Positions 9,565-19,905 of a DNA stretch of 64,000 nt are shown here, in pieces. A model generated the notes under the pieces. The model saw nothing but the letters and a program-made list of their open reading frames with translations. It did not search any database and was not told the DNA's origin. Made by a program: the position numbers and the translations under genes. How positions within the stretch are numbered: the stretch's first letter is position 1; each line of letters opens with the position of its first letter. The stretch lies in IMG/VR virus record IMGVR_UViG_3300029288_000095, positions 32,001 to 96,000 of that record; one strand, given 5' to 3'. The stretch is from a virus. Its lineage: Duplodnaviria; Caudoviricetes.

Positions 9565-9933
9565 ATGAATATTAATGATATCGTAAATGCTGTGTTTGAA
9601 CTTGGCGGAGCTATTGTCGTCTGGATCAACGCGATGAAGCTTTACAAGGACAAGAAGGTGGTCGGCGTATTCTGGCCGGTGTGGATCTTTTACAGCGTCT
9701 GGGGGATTTGGAATCTTTGGTATTATCCTTCACTGGGTCAATGGTTCAGTGTGGCGGCTGGTTCTCTGCTTGTTGTTGGTAATAGCGTTTGGTGCATTAT
9801 GGCTGGATACTATGTTATGTTCAAGAAGAACGCCGGCATTGTAAAAGACTGTGGCAAGTGTTGTCGGGACGATGAAATATGTCACGTTTGTTCAGAAGAT
9901 AAGAATATGTTCAAGCCGTATTCTGGAAAATAA
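9565..9933 (+). CDS. 3-TM membrane protein (PQ-loop/SemiSWEET-like topology) with Cys-rich tail
   Basis: Three hydrophobic helices, KLYKDKKVVGV loop. Confidence 0.55.
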   Translation: MNINDIVNAVFELGGAIVVWINAMKLYKDKKVVGVFWPVWIFYSVWGIWNLWYYPSLGQWFSVAAGSLLVVGNSVWCIMAGYYVMFKKNAGIVKDCGKCCRDDEICHVCSEDKNMFKPYSGK

Positions 9934-9934
9934 A

Positions 9935-10183
9935 ATGATTATTTCAAAAACTATTGATGGTAATCGCAAACTATATTTTACAATTGATGAAAAGAATAAA
10001 GATCAAATACTTAATATAGCCGCGATGATTATGTCAGGATATGGCAAGCATGAAGGTAGACCTACGGATTTTGGTTTTGAACATCAGTTCGCCGATCATT
10101 GTCTGAATCTCGCAACGCAATTGGTGTCATCTCATGAGTTAAAACTTTTTTATTCATTTGGTCGTGAAGAAGAGGTGTATTAA
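9935..10183 (+). CDS. hypothetical protein
   Basis: track 9851..10183, likely ATG 9935. Confidence 0.55.
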   Translation: MIISKTIDGNRKLYFTIDEKNKDQILNIAAMIMSGYGKHEGRPTDFGFEHQFADHCLNLATQLVSSHELKLFYSFGREEEVY

Positions 10184-10185
10184 TA

Positions 10186-10413
10186 ATGAAAAATTCAGAA
10201 CTTATGAAGATTGCATTAAAAAATGTAATAAACGATTCCGTATATCAAATGAATATTTTATTAGTTAATTTACCAACAGACGAACAAGAAAAATGTTCTG
10301 CATATGCGCGAGATTGTCTAAATATTGGCGTAGACCTATTCAAGAAAAAGATCATCAACGAAGAAAATAAAGAATCAATACGCAATCTGAAAAAAGGTGG
10401 TATACGCGGATGA
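10186..10413 (+). CDS. hypothetical protein
   Basis: ORF with GAGG RBS. Confidence 0.6.
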   Translation: MKNSELMKIALKNVINDSVYQMNILLVNLPTDEQEKCSAYARDCLNIGVDLFKKKIINEENKESIRNLKKGGIRG

Positions 10414-11126
10414 TTACAATTATAATAGGGCAAGTTATTTTGTTCGTGGGAGTTATAGTTCTTATTCTTGCGGCGATCAGCGGGTTCGTTTCAAATGTAA
10501 ATACAAGTGAATACGAATATGGTATTAAAGAACCGAAGATAACCATTGATGAAGAACTTGGACCGATTCATATTCGGGTTAAGGTTTACGCATTTGATCG
10601 TGCAGATAATGGAAATCATTTTGAACCGCCTTCTGAATTTGTGGTAACTGATTACGAAGTGTTTTTTATAGATCACAAGACGGGCGAAGAAGTTCTTGTC
10701 CCGCCGATTGTAGACGAAATGCTTTCAAATGATAACGACTGGTTTGAAAACATCTGCGACGAATGCCAGTATCGATTTGAAGAAGTTGACAGACTGCTTG
10801 AAAAAGAAATAGATCGCCAGCTTGAAAAGGACGAACTGGAATTCAAGTCGGCGTTGCGCGATGAGCAGGAAGATAAATATGAATATATGCAAAAATGGTA
10901 TCCACGTCAGATATGCGCCGAATGCGCACAAGCCGCTGGCGGTAAGATGGCGGAAGGACATATATGTTCATGGTATTCTGTTAGATGCGATGTATGCGGA
11001 GAAAAAAAGCCGTGTACTGAACCGAGTGATTTTGGATATCCTAGTGTAGTTCTTCTAATAAAACGTAAAGAAGAAATTGAAGAATCGCGGCAGATAGACG
11101 AGCAAGATAAATCTAGTAAGGAATAA
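10410..11126 (+). CDS. multi-module hypothetical protein (N-terminal TM, acidic domain, CxxC...CxxC)
   Basis: 238-aa ORF of mosaic appearance. Confidence 0.65.
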   Translation: MITIIIGQVILFVGVIVLILAAISGFVSNVNTSEYEYGIKEPKITIDEELGPIHIRVKVYAFDRADNGNHFEPPSEFVVTDYEVFFIDHKTGEEVLVPPIVDEMLSNDNDWFENICDECQYRFEEVDRLLEKEIDRQLEKDELEFKSALRDEQEDKYEYMQKWYPRQICAECAQAAGGKMAEGHICSWYSVRCDVCGEKKPCTEPSDFGYPSVVLLIKRKEEIEESRQIDEQDKSSKE

Positions 11127-11131
11127 AATAA

Positions 11132-11389
11132 ATGCCAATAAACAAATGGAAAATATTAGCGCATATGTTTAGGGATAGATGGATTGAATCTGATCAGAAA
11201 CATATGAATCTTTTGTTAACTGGGATTGACGATGGATTGCGGCATAAAAACGAAAAAGAAAAGATTATTGAAATAGCAAAAAAAGCAGTATGCGAAATGT
11301 GTGTTGTGAGGCAAAGGCAGCATACATGCATTGATACCGTTAATGGATGTGATGCATTTAAATCAATTATTGAATGGAGAAAATTATGA
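11132..11389 (+). CDS. hypothetical protein
   Basis: ORF with AAGGA RBS. Confidence 0.6.
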   Translation: MPINKWKILAHMFRDRWIESDQKHMNLLLTGIDDGLRHKNEKEKIIEIAKKAVCEMCVVRQRQHTCIDTVNGCDAFKSIIEWRKL

Positions 11390-11673
11390 GCGGCGGAAGT
11401 TTAGATTATGTCTATCAGAAAGTCAACGATGCGGTGGATGAAATAGAATGTCGCGCAAAAACTAATCTTCATAAAGCATTCGCAAAGCATCTTAGAAAAG
11501 TATCTGATGCGCTACATGATATCGAATGGGTATTCAACGGTGATTGTGGAACGCCTTCAGAAGAAAAGGCTATCCGCGCTTGTATAACTCCAACCGATGA
11601 ACTTAAATGCGCAACAGAAGAAGCAAGGCGGGTTCTGGCTGAACTACAAGCAGTTCTGAAGCGGATAGAATAA
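11386..11673 (+). CDS. phage protein (MSGGSLDY N-terminus)
   Basis: MSGGSxxY start is typical of a widespread small phage family. Confidence 0.7.
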   Translation: MSGGSLDYVYQKVNDAVDEIECRAKTNLHKAFAKHLRKVSDALHDIEWVFNGDCGTPSEEKAIRACITPTDELKCATEEARRVLAELQAVLKRIE

Positions 11674-12245
11674 TGAGAAGTATAAAAATTGAAAAGCGCA
11701 AGTTTCATTTTAATAAGAACTTTGCACACTTGGATGGTATTCTGGAAAAGAATAAAGTGGTTTTGGCTGGCGGCGCTTTACGAAAAATCATTGACCATAA
11801 AGATGTGACTTGCGATTATGATATTTTCTTTTTGGATCAATCGCGTGTAGATACTACACTGACGGCACTTAACGATCACGGCTACACAAAGGTATTTGAA
11901 TGCCCACGAGGTAAGCTACATACTTACATCCAAGGTTCAAATAAGATACAGATTTGTTCAGAATTTTTTTATCAAGATTATGAAACGCTTCTAAAGTCGT
12001 TTGATTTTTACGCGTGTATGTTTCTTTATGACGGGGATAAGATGTATTTCTACCCGCAGTCAGTGCGCGATGTTACTAGGAAGATTGTCACCATTAACCG
12101 CGTGACATATCCCGTGGCTACAATGAACAGACTGATGAAGTACAACAAGAAGGGCTACTACGTCGGCGATGCAATTAAGACCGTTCTGAAAGCCTATAAA
12201 ACGCAAGAATTCACAGAGGAAGAACACCGGTTCTATATAGATTAA
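11673..12245 (+). CDS. Pol-beta superfamily nucleotidyltransferase (tRNA-NTase/poly(A) polymerase head-like)
   Basis: LAGGALR...DYDIFF...FDFYACMF...RLMKYNKKGY. Confidence 0.75.
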   Translation: MRSIKIEKRKFHFNKNFAHLDGILEKNKVVLAGGALRKIIDHKDVTCDYDIFFLDQSRVDTTLTALNDHGYTKVFECPRGKLHTYIQGSNKIQICSEFFYQDYETLLKSFDFYACMFLYDGDKMYFYPQSVRDVTRKIVTINRVTYPVATMNRLMKYNKKGYYVGDAIKTVLKAYKTQEFTEEEHRFYID

Positions 12246-12246
12246 C

Positions 12247-12525
12247 ATGAACAAGACAATAGGACAATCTAAACCGTCGCTAAATCAGCATTACAGCCAC
12301 GTTACGCATGATCGCAGTATAAGTGACATGCTAGCCGTAATACAACGTAACTGGGTCTTTCTAAGCAAGCAGGCGGGGTATTATGGCATCCAAGACGCCA
12401 TCGGGCTATATGCGAGGTTCGGCGCGATTGATATCTGTGAGGAATATAAGAAAGCATTGGCGCATGAAGAAGATACCAAGAACCGTTTTAAAGCGTGGCA
12501 GAAGTGTCACAAAAAGACATCATAA
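12247..12525 (+). CDS. hypothetical protein
   Basis: ORF, weak RBS. Confidence 0.45.
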   Translation: MNKTIGQSKPSLNQHYSHVTHDRSISDMLAVIQRNWVFLSKQAGYYGIQDAIGLYARFGAIDICEEYKKALAHEEDTKNRFKAWQKCHKKTS

Positions 12526-12585
12526 TATGTGACATAAAAATTTATGTAGATAGATACTTCGTACATAAAAATAGAACGCATAAAC

Positions 12586-12668
12586 TGTAACATCAATGTT
12601 ACAATTTTATAATGTACGATACATATCAATTCATGAGGCGCACAACAAAGTGTAACCTCGAAGTTACA
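12586..12668. promoter_or_regulatory. two TGTAAC-N6-GTTACA palindromic sites
   Basis: 12586-12603 and 12651-12668 in the intergenic early/late junction. Confidence 0.55.
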
Positions 12669-12677
12669 GTTTCAACG

Positions 12678-12702
12678 GTTGAAAAATAAATAAACAGTAG
12701 AA
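12678..12702 (+). promoter_or_regulatory. candidate late promoter GTTGA-N15-TAGAA
   Basis: Same motif precedes blocks at 30803, 58506 and 63465. Confidence 0.45.
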
Positions 12703-12705
12703 ACT

Positions 12706-13269
12706 TTGCAAAGGATTCTGCCGTTGAAGATAAAATGTATTTACTGCGATAAGCCGCTATATATAAAAGCCGGTGACAACCCAGGAAAAAATGACCCACA
12801 AGTGGAGAATCGTGGCTTCTTCGACAATTTCTACAACGGCACAGTATGGGATTCATGCTACGTAGAAAAAAAAGATCGCAGCGAAATGATCGATCAGTAC
12901 CTTAACAAGTACAAAAAAAATTATCCAGGCAAGAAGCGCGTACCAGAATTACTTGAAGACGATGTGGGTATTTCCGATGTTGTGAAAACATCCGGCGTCA
13001 TAAAAAAAACATACGCATTTTATAAGTGTCCGCACTGCCAAAGAACTTTTTTCAAAAGTTTAAATACCGCTAATATGCAGAAGCTAAACCACGAGGACCC
13101 AAGCTCAACTGATTATCAGCACTTGGATAATGAGCGAGAGTTTGGCACTTCCTCGGTAGACCGAACAGGAGCTTCGCCATATAGTAAGCCGAATGATTTC
13201 AATAGAGGCAATGCCGCTGTTGATTCAGATAAGAAACCGTTGAAGAAAAAGTACAAGTTTAAGAGGTAA
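12706..13269 (+). CDS. zinc-ribbon protein at start of late block
   Basis: CIYC...CPHC. Confidence 0.65.
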   Translation: MQRILPLKIKCIYCDKPLYIKAGDNPGKNDPQVENRGFFDNFYNGTVWDSCYVEKKDRSEMIDQYLNKYKKNYPGKKRVPELLEDDVGISDVVKTSGVIKKTYAFYKCPHCQRTFFKSLNTANMQKLNHEDPSSTDYQHLDNEREFGTSSVDRTGASPYSKPNDFNRGNAAVDSDKKPLKKKYKFKR

Positions 13270-13274
13270 TTACC

Positions 13275-15470
13275 ATGGGTATCAAAAGCAATTTTCTCGG
13301 AACGCATACGATGGGCAAGGCGATGTCGGATGCGCTGCGCCGAATGGCTTGCAAGAAAGAACCGCAGAAGGTAGAAGCGCCACTTGTCGGCGATAAGATC
13401 GCTTATGCCGAAGCCGAAAAGCTTGGCTTTGTAAAATCGGCTCGCGCTCTTGGGCGCAATGCTTTTGAAGCGACTTGTGATCTTGGAAAAGTGATAGATT
13501 CTGGCTCGGTGTGGACCTTGACTACAAATGCCGATGGACAGAAGTTCTTCGTCAAGCAGATTGATGAAGCGGGTAACATTGTCCGCAAACTTAAAGCATC
13601 TAAAACTAAATCGGTTAAAGTCACTTTCGCCGAAAAAACTTTTCATGCGCCAGTGCTTAAAGTTGTTGAAGCCGATTATAAACGTATGTTCGGCGTCACT
13701 CCCGAAGAAGTAGAAAAGAATGGGAAAGAAATCGGCGAAGATACCGAAGACGAAGGTTATATAACCAAGTTCTATGACTTCAATGGTAAATCGTATTTCA
13801 TATCAAAAGCTATTGGAGATAATCTTGTAGCCAGTTTTGGTGAAATTGAAAGCGAAGCTAAACGTGACAAAAATGAATCTGCCGAAGCTCAGCTTGGTGT
13901 AAAAGCCGAATCGCTCATGGAAAAGATTCAGCACGAACTTATATCTGTACTGCAAAATAACGATAAGCGCGATGGTATGCCGTTTGAAGTTAGCGATACG
14001 CTCGGCGGCGAAACATCTGTATATGATTTCAATCTGAAAGAAGATCTTGATGAATTCAAGAAAGATATCGGAGAACTTGGATACGAAGTTGTTTCGGTGA
14101 ATGCCGGTGTTGCTACGGTGCAGAAGAAACGGGTTGAAGAAGCATCATCAAATGAAAAGAAAGTAGAAGCTTCCAAAGAAGTTAAGGCTGAAGTGCTTCC
14201 TTATTCCGCTGATGAAATCGCGGCGCTTGTTAAAGACGTTAACGGTTTTTATGGTGTGATGCTTGATGAAGTTCAGACGAAAGAACTTGCGGATATCCTT
14301 TTCAATAAAGAAAAAGAAACCGTAGACAGCGGAAAGCTTTTTACTGACTTTGACTGGAAAGCAACGGTAGAATCTTTCCTTTCATCGAAAGAAGAAAAGA
14401 AAGAAGTAGAAGCTGCTAAATCAGTAGTCGCCGAAGAAAAGCCCGAAGAACAAGTATTCAATACGCCCGAAGAGGCTACATCCTATATAAACGATAAGCG
14501 GAAGTCCACGGCTATGCCGCCAGATAAGGTCTACGAAACGAAGAAGGACGAGAATGGCAAGTTCCGTCTTGTTCCTAAGACGGCATCGGTAGAAAAGAAA
14601 GCTGAAGAACCCATAGACGAAGTTGCGGCGAATGAACTTTATATCTTCGCCGTAAATGATAGTGATCTTTACCGACAGATGCTTCAGCCGATTCAGAAGA
14701 ATCTCATAAACAAAAAAGCGCAAGGTGTATATAACCCAACGCTCGCGCTTAAAGCGTTTATGAATTTTATGCAGATCGCTGCGCAGAAGTACACGAAGGA
14801 ATATGCTTCTGATCGTGACAAATGGTACGATCTGTTCCCAGTAGAAGTGCGCAAAGCGGCGGCAAATGAAGCGCTGAAGTATTTTGAAACCGAAGCCGAA
14901 CTTGGTAACTATGATAACTATCTGCATAAGAAGTATCAGAAGAAACCCGCCGCGCCTACCCCAGAAGTCACCCCTCCAGTCGAAGCGGATATGAACAAAG
15001 AAGGTTCACATAAAGTCAAAGCCGAAGATGAAGAAACCGGCGAACTTAATATGCGCCTCGAATCTGCGATTAATCGCCTTATAGAAAAAGGCGAAGATAT
15101 TGATTATATTCTTCAATACGTAAATTCTATGAATCGTATGGAAGGCGAATTCGCGCAAGGTGAAAAGTTCAATATTACCAAGGACGAACTGATATCCATA
15201 ATAACCGAACAGATGGGTTATGAGATTGAAGGTGATATGGTAAAGAAAGCGTCCGCCGTAGAAACTGACGAACCAGGAAGCTTAGAATCTATAAAACTTT
15301 CTTTTTATTCTACTGATGAAAGCACGGGTGGAAAATATTATCTTGATGAAAATGATAATGTGTATAAAACCGTTGAAGGTGTTATGTATGAATGTACGGA
15401 TGAAGGAGAACCGCTCGCTGAATTAAAAGCTCCGTATGAAATTATTGAAACGGAAACAGTTGAGGAGTAA
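13275..15470 (+). CDS. large acidic multi-domain protein, putative internal head (ejection) polyprotein
   Basis: 731 aa; globular segments separated by KxAS/KxAE-containing charged linkers. Confidence 0.6.
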   Translation: MGIKSNFLGTHTMGKAMSDALRRMACKKEPQKVEAPLVGDKIAYAEAEKLGFVKSARALGRNAFEATCDLGKVIDSGSVWTLTTNADGQKFFVKQIDEAGNIVRKLKASKTKSVKVTFAEKTFHAPVLKVVEADYKRMFGVTPEEVEKNGKEIGEDTEDEGYITKFYDFNGKSYFISKAIGDNLVASFGEIESEAKRDKNESAEAQLGVKAESLMEKIQHELISVLQNNDKRDGMPFEVSDTLGGETSVYDFNLKEDLDEFKKDIGELGYEVVSVNAGVATVQKKRVEEASSNEKKVEASKEVKAEVLPYSADEIAALVKDVNGFYGVMLDEVQTKELADILFNKEKETVDSGKLFTDFDWKATVESFLSSKEEKKEVEAAKSVVAEEKPEEQVFNTPEEATSYINDKRKSTAMPPDKVYETKKDENGKFRLVPKTASVEKKAEEPIDEVAANELYIFAVNDSDLYRQMLQPIQKNLINKKAQGVYNPTLALKAFMNFMQIAAQKYTKEYASDRDKWYDLFPVEVRKAAANEALKYFETEAELGNYDNYLHKKYQKKPAAPTPEVTPPVEADMNKEGSHKVKAEDEETGELNMRLESAINRLIEKGEDIDYILQYVNSMNRMEGEFAQGEKFNITKDELISIITEQMGYEIEGDMVKKASAVETDEPGSLESIKLSFYSTDESTGGKYYLDENDNVYKTVEGVMYECTDEGEPLAELKAPYEIIETETVEE

Positions 15471-15475
15471 TCAAT

Positions 15476-16276
15476 ATGGAACTTTCAAATTGCAGAATCC
15501 ACAAAGGTAAACTTGTGCGCATGTTTAAGGGAGCTTGCGGTGGGAAGAACGAAATCTTTTGTTCTACGCCGGACTGCATAAATAACTGCGTGGAAGAATC
15601 GAAATGCGGACTGCCGCTGGTGAACGTTGTCGGAGCAAACTGCAATGATTATGTTCCAAAGAAAGAACAGACTGTTACTGTTGCTTCAACCGCTTCGCGG
15701 AAAGTTACTATCAAGCGTACAGCAGCGGAGAAAGAAGATGAAAAAGATATCACTATTGAAGTGCCTGAATCGAATGCGAAAGATATCAAATCACCCGCCG
15801 ATAAAGACAAAGGAAACGCAGAAGAAAAAGAAGTCCAAGAAGTAAAAGATACCGCATCAATTAAAAGCGAACTGTGGACGACTACGCTGAACAAGACTAT
15901 TGAAGAAGCGCTTGATGTAGAATCCGCCGCCGATGCATGGATGAAAAACATGAAGAAATCTCTCGGTGAAAAACTCGCCGACGAAGAAATATCAGAAGCG
16001 GATTATGATTCGCTGCTTGATGAACTTGAAGATATGCACGAAAACGGAATCCTTGAAGACGCGATTAAGGATAAGATAAACGAATCGGCTGGCGACATAG
16101 ATGGAGGGGCAGAAGAACCACCGCTTGAAGAAGCGCCAAAGGATGAAAAGACGAAAGAAGAAGAACCGAAAAAGGAAGAAGAAAAGCCGACTGAAAAGAA
16201 AGAAGAAGCCAAGCCCAAAAAGAAGACCAAGGAAGAACTTCCGGAACTGCCTGGTCTTGATCTTGAAAACGTCTAA
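15476..16276 (+). CDS. acidic protein with Cys-rich N-terminus, putative head-associated
   Basis: 266 aa, K/E-rich tail. Confidence 0.6.
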   Translation: MELSNCRIHKGKLVRMFKGACGGKNEIFCSTPDCINNCVEESKCGLPLVNVVGANCNDYVPKKEQTVTVASTASRKVTIKRTAAEKEDEKDITIEVPESNAKDIKSPADKDKGNAEEKEVQEVKDTASIKSELWTTTLNKTIEEALDVESAADAWMKNMKKSLGEKLADEEISEADYDSLLDELEDMHENGILEDAIKDKINESAGDIDGGAEEPPLEEAPKDEKTKEEEPKKEEEKPTEKKEEAKPKKKTKEELPELPGLDLENV

Positions 16277-16286
16277 GGAATAACAC

Positions 16287-16664
16287 ATGCCAGTATACAG
16301 CAAAAAGATATATCTCCCGATTGAACTTTTCGACAGATTAAGCGTACAAGAGTACAATTCAATGATGGAAGATATTTTTGCGATTTATTTTCGCAATAAG
16401 CCGGAGATATTGAATGATATCGTTGATAAGTCTGAAGGCAATACAGATCTTCTTGAACAGCTCAAAAAAGAAGAAATTGAACGAGCATTCAAAAAAGAAT
16501 ATGCCTATGACACGGATATACTTCGTAGTAGACCAGAGGACGAACTGGCTGAATATCTTGTTGAATTTATTGATGACTATAATAAAAAAGTAGAAATACA
16601 GAATCCCGAAACAGCAAAGATAGAAAAAAATAAAACTGAAGAACCCGCTGAAGAAGCGAAATAA
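16287..16664 (+). CDS. hypothetical protein
   Basis: ORF with AAGGA RBS. Confidence 0.65.
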   Translation: MPVYSKKIYLPIELFDRLSVQEYNSMMEDIFAIYFRNKPEILNDIVDKSEGNTDLLEQLKKEEIERAFKKEYAYDTDILRSRPEDELAEYLVEFIDDYNKKVEIQNPETAKIEKNKTEEPAEEAK

Positions 16665-16691
16665 AAAACAAACTAACCAAAGGAACATAGA

Positions 16692-17264
16692 ATGAAAAAC
16701 TACAATGCATCAGTACAAACAATTTCGTATCAAGTATCAGAAGATAACCCCGCGCTTATCAATCAAGCCATAACGAAAACATTTTTTGAATCGCCAATAA
16801 TGAAAGATATAATCAAAGACGATATACATATTGTTGATTTGTTTTCTTCTGGACGGAACATTTATGATGCAATCCCGCGAAATCTTCTTTGCACATATAT
16901 GCCAGTTGACATTTCTATGGACGAACGTTTCAAAACAGATCAACGCGTTCTTCCTATCATTAGTACTGACATAAATAAAATCAAACTTGATGATGCTATC
17001 TGCGATGTTATATTTGCGCCTGCAAGCAAAGTCGGTTACGGAAAATACCATCAAAGTATGTTTGAAATCGAACGCATCATAAAGCCGGGCGGATATCTTA
17101 TCGCAGAAATGTCAAGGTTTTGGTTTACACGCCAGTTCAATCAGATTTTGTTCTGCTCACGCGAATGGGATCTCATTTCTGCTTCAGAAATAAATTATAT
17201 GTATCGTGGACCAGACGGAAGCAACCCAACTGCAAAATATTATTTGGTTTACCGTAAGCGGTAG
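16692..17264 (+). CDS. class I SAM-dependent methyltransferase-like protein
   Basis: IVDLFSSG, PVDIS, EIERIIKPGGYLI. Confidence 0.6.
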   Translation: MKNYNASVQTISYQVSEDNPALINQAITKTFFESPIMKDIIKDDIHIVDLFSSGRNIYDAIPRNLLCTYMPVDISMDERFKTDQRVLPIISTDINKIKLDDAICDVIFAPASKVGYGKYHQSMFEIERIIKPGGYLIAEMSRFWFTRQFNQILFCSREWDLISASEINYMYRGPDGSNPTAKYYLVYRKR

Positions 17265-17316
17265 GTTGAAAAAAGAATAAAAAGAAGGAACGGATCAAAA
17301 ACACGAGGTTAAAGAT

Positions 17317-18222
17317 ATGGCTATTTTTTCACCAGGTTTTCTGAAGAAGGCATTGAAGCATGCTGTTGCCGGAGATTCTATCGGCGAAGGATTTAATATC
17401 AGACATGTAACCGTACCGCATCAAGGGTGGTACAACCCGCTTTATCTAAAAGAAGCCACGTATAAAATTCTACAGAAAAATATTCGCAAGGCTGGTTTTT
17501 CTGTTACGTCAGCCAATTACGAAAAGATAGATTATAAAATGGATAATTCTAATCGAAAGATAACAAGCGGTCATGTCGATTTTATAATGAAAATCATGAC
17601 GCCAGACGGGCAAGACAGGTCAGTGAACGCTTCTGTTGTCATAGAAAATGATATTATATGCGATACCGTTGATCATTTCACAGATAATTGCGGTAACAAA
17701 TATGCATTCACACGCGCCGGTCTTAAATCGTTTTTAATGGGCGTAGAAGAAGAAACCAATAAGCCGCACGAAACTGTTTATCCTTCTGTTGGTGACGGCG
17801 GTAGTCAGTCTGGGCAAGCTGGCGGCGCAGAACCGAATCTTGCTTTCATGCAAAAAGATTTGAAAATTATGAAACTTGGTCATGCAAAAGATAGCCGCAT
17901 AACTGAAGCTATGAATAAAATTGCGGCTACGAATGAACAAGTTATTGAACTTTTTATAAATGATAGTTTTCCCAAGGATAAGATGACTTCATGGGGTACA
18001 CCGAATTTAAAGATAACTAAACAGTCGAATGGTTGGGCGCTGGTAAATTACAGTACACCGTTACTGTATCGTGATGCTGATGGAATGGTTTACTTTAATA
18101 CACAAAAATATTCCGTATCGACATCTCGAATACAGAATCTTATTAGAAGTATTCTCGGTGGAAAAGAACCAGTTGAAGTTGATGAATCTGGTATAAAAGA
18201 AAAAATAGGAGCATCAAAATGA
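17317..18222 (+). CDS. putative head protein with C-terminal cargo domain
   Basis: 301 aa; domain after KIAA has LVNYSTPL...KYSVSTSRIQ. Confidence 0.6.
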   Translation: MAIFSPGFLKKALKHAVAGDSIGEGFNIRHVTVPHQGWYNPLYLKEATYKILQKNIRKAGFSVTSANYEKIDYKMDNSNRKITSGHVDFIMKIMTPDGQDRSVNASVVIENDIICDTVDHFTDNCGNKYAFTRAGLKSFLMGVEEETNKPHETVYPSVGDGGSQSGQAGGAEPNLAFMQKDLKIMKLGHAKDSRITEAMNKIAATNEQVIELFINDSFPKDKMTSWGTPNLKITKQSNGWALVNYSTPLLYRDADGMVYFNTQKYSVSTSRIQNLIRSILGGKEPVEVDESGIKEKIGASK

Positions 18223-18899
18223 ATTTCAAACCAGTAACAGTTTTCACGGATAAGACACCGAGCAAGCCAAGAACGGTAACAGCTTCAACTAGAAAGGCAG
18301 AATATCATTCTGATCAATTGGATGGGTTGAACAAAAACAGCGAATATCCGATTACAGTTCAATTCCACGATGCCGATGGGAATAAAACAAAATGGATGGA
18401 TATTAACCAAGAAAGTATTCCCGTTATCATTTCTTTTTTGGAAAGCATGAAGAAGGGCGAACCGAAAGAAGTATCCGCCGCCGCTGAAGAACCAAAAGAA
18501 GAAAAAAAAGACGAACCGAAAGATACTCCAAAGGAAATGCCAAAAGACGCTCCGAAAGATTCGCCCAAAGCGTTTAACGTTAAGTTCGACGGTAATATCA
18601 CCGTAACTGATGGTAAAGGAGAAGTTGTTCTTACGCTTAATGCGCCAGATCTTTCGCCTGAAGATATTGACAAGCTGAAATCCAGCGACATAAAATCTCT
18701 TGCAGAAAAGTTTACTAAGATAAAAGAACTTGGGCTTACACTTGAAAATACAAATCTTGATTTCGGCGATCTTTCCAAAGAAAGTCTTCCGCCACCAGAG
18801 GCGATAGGAAAAGATGCCGCGCCTTCTGATGATAAGCCGCTTGGAGCTTGGGCTACTAATAAATTGAAAAGCATCGAAGCTAAAGTAGAACAAAAATAA
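18219..18899 (+). CDS. putative head-associated protein with PKD repeats
   Basis: 226 aa, VTAS/RKAE motifs. Confidence 0.6.
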   Translation: MNFKPVTVFTDKTPSKPRTVTASTRKAEYHSDQLDGLNKNSEYPITVQFHDADGNKTKWMDINQESIPVIISFLESMKKGEPKEVSAAAEEPKEEKKDEPKDTPKEMPKDAPKDSPKAFNVKFDGNITVTDGKGEVVLTLNAPDLSPEDIDKLKSSDIKSLAEKFTKIKELGLTLENTNLDFGDLSKESLPPPEAIGKDAAPSDDKPLGAWATNKLKSIEAKVEQK

Positions 18900-18912
18900 T
18901 TCGGAGTATCCA

Positions 18913-19893
18913 ATGGAATTCTTTAATGGCGAAAAAGTAATAGTTGCGCGAAATATAAAAACCGAATCTGGTGAAATGATAAAATGCGCAGAAGAAGTTA
19001 TCATAACCAAGATACGCCCCGATCTTATTTCTGTTCAGTGGAACAAAGATAAGCGGGAACTGAATGCGCTTACTCCGCCAGATTCTATATTTAAGTATAC
19101 TGAAAGCAATCGGCAGATCGCGGATAACCGCAAAGAGTTTCTTAACCTTCTGGCGATGCAGAAGACGGCCATTGACGTTCAAGGATTTCTTGGTCGTGTA
19201 AAAGAATACTGGGATAAGAACAAGGCTGATGTTAAAGCAGCGCTTGAATTCATAGGTAAGACCATTAAGAACCGCATCGCTGACTTTACTGGAGAATTCG
19301 ATAAGCTTTACAACGGGCTGAAAGGCATAATCGGCGTACAGTATACCGAAACTCTCGCGCAGTATATACCCGACCTTGCCGCCAATAAAGTAGCAAAGAT
19401 GAAAACATCTATGGTTAAAACTTCCGCCAATATGGACCAAGTATTCATCAAAGCGGAAGATTCGTATGTTCCTTCGGATGCCGTGTATGATGTGATACTG
19501 AATAGGCTATCAAATCTGCTCGGCGACAATTACCCGCATGAAGTTGTGGCAAGTGTTGTGCCGACAATCGCGGAGTATACGGATGATCAAAAGAAGCTTA
19601 TACTTAAAATCTCTAAGCTCGCGGAAAATTATCGTGTCGCCCAAAGCGTTCTTCCGCTTGCGTTTCTGGATAAAGAAGACCTTGATATCGTTACTGCGGA
19701 AGAAGATAAAGCATTAGAAATCGCCGATAAATATGATGTCAAAAATAAGAATAAAAAGTTGAAAACAAAGCAAGTTGTGAACGAAGAAAAGCGCCCGTGT
19801 CAGCTTCTGCCGGCGAAAGGCGCACAGCCAGAAATGGCGGAAATAGATCGGATTAACGCTGATCCGAATTCAAACGCGGGACATTTCTTTTAA
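18913..19893 (+). CDS. putative head-associated protein
   Basis: 326 aa, GGAG RBS. Confidence 0.65.
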   Translation: MEFFNGEKVIVARNIKTESGEMIKCAEEVIITKIRPDLISVQWNKDKRELNALTPPDSIFKYTESNRQIADNRKEFLNLLAMQKTAIDVQGFLGRVKEYWDKNKADVKAALEFIGKTIKNRIADFTGEFDKLYNGLKGIIGVQYTETLAQYIPDLAANKVAKMKTSMVKTSANMDQVFIKAEDSYVPSDAVYDVILNRLSNLLGDNYPHEVVASVVPTIAEYTDDQKKLILKISKLAENYRVAQSVLPLAFLDKEDLDIVTAEEDKALEIADKYDVKNKNKKLKTKQVVNEEKRPCQLLPAKGAQPEMAEIDRINADPNSNAGHFF

Positions 19894-19905
19894 TCGGAGT
19901 TATTT

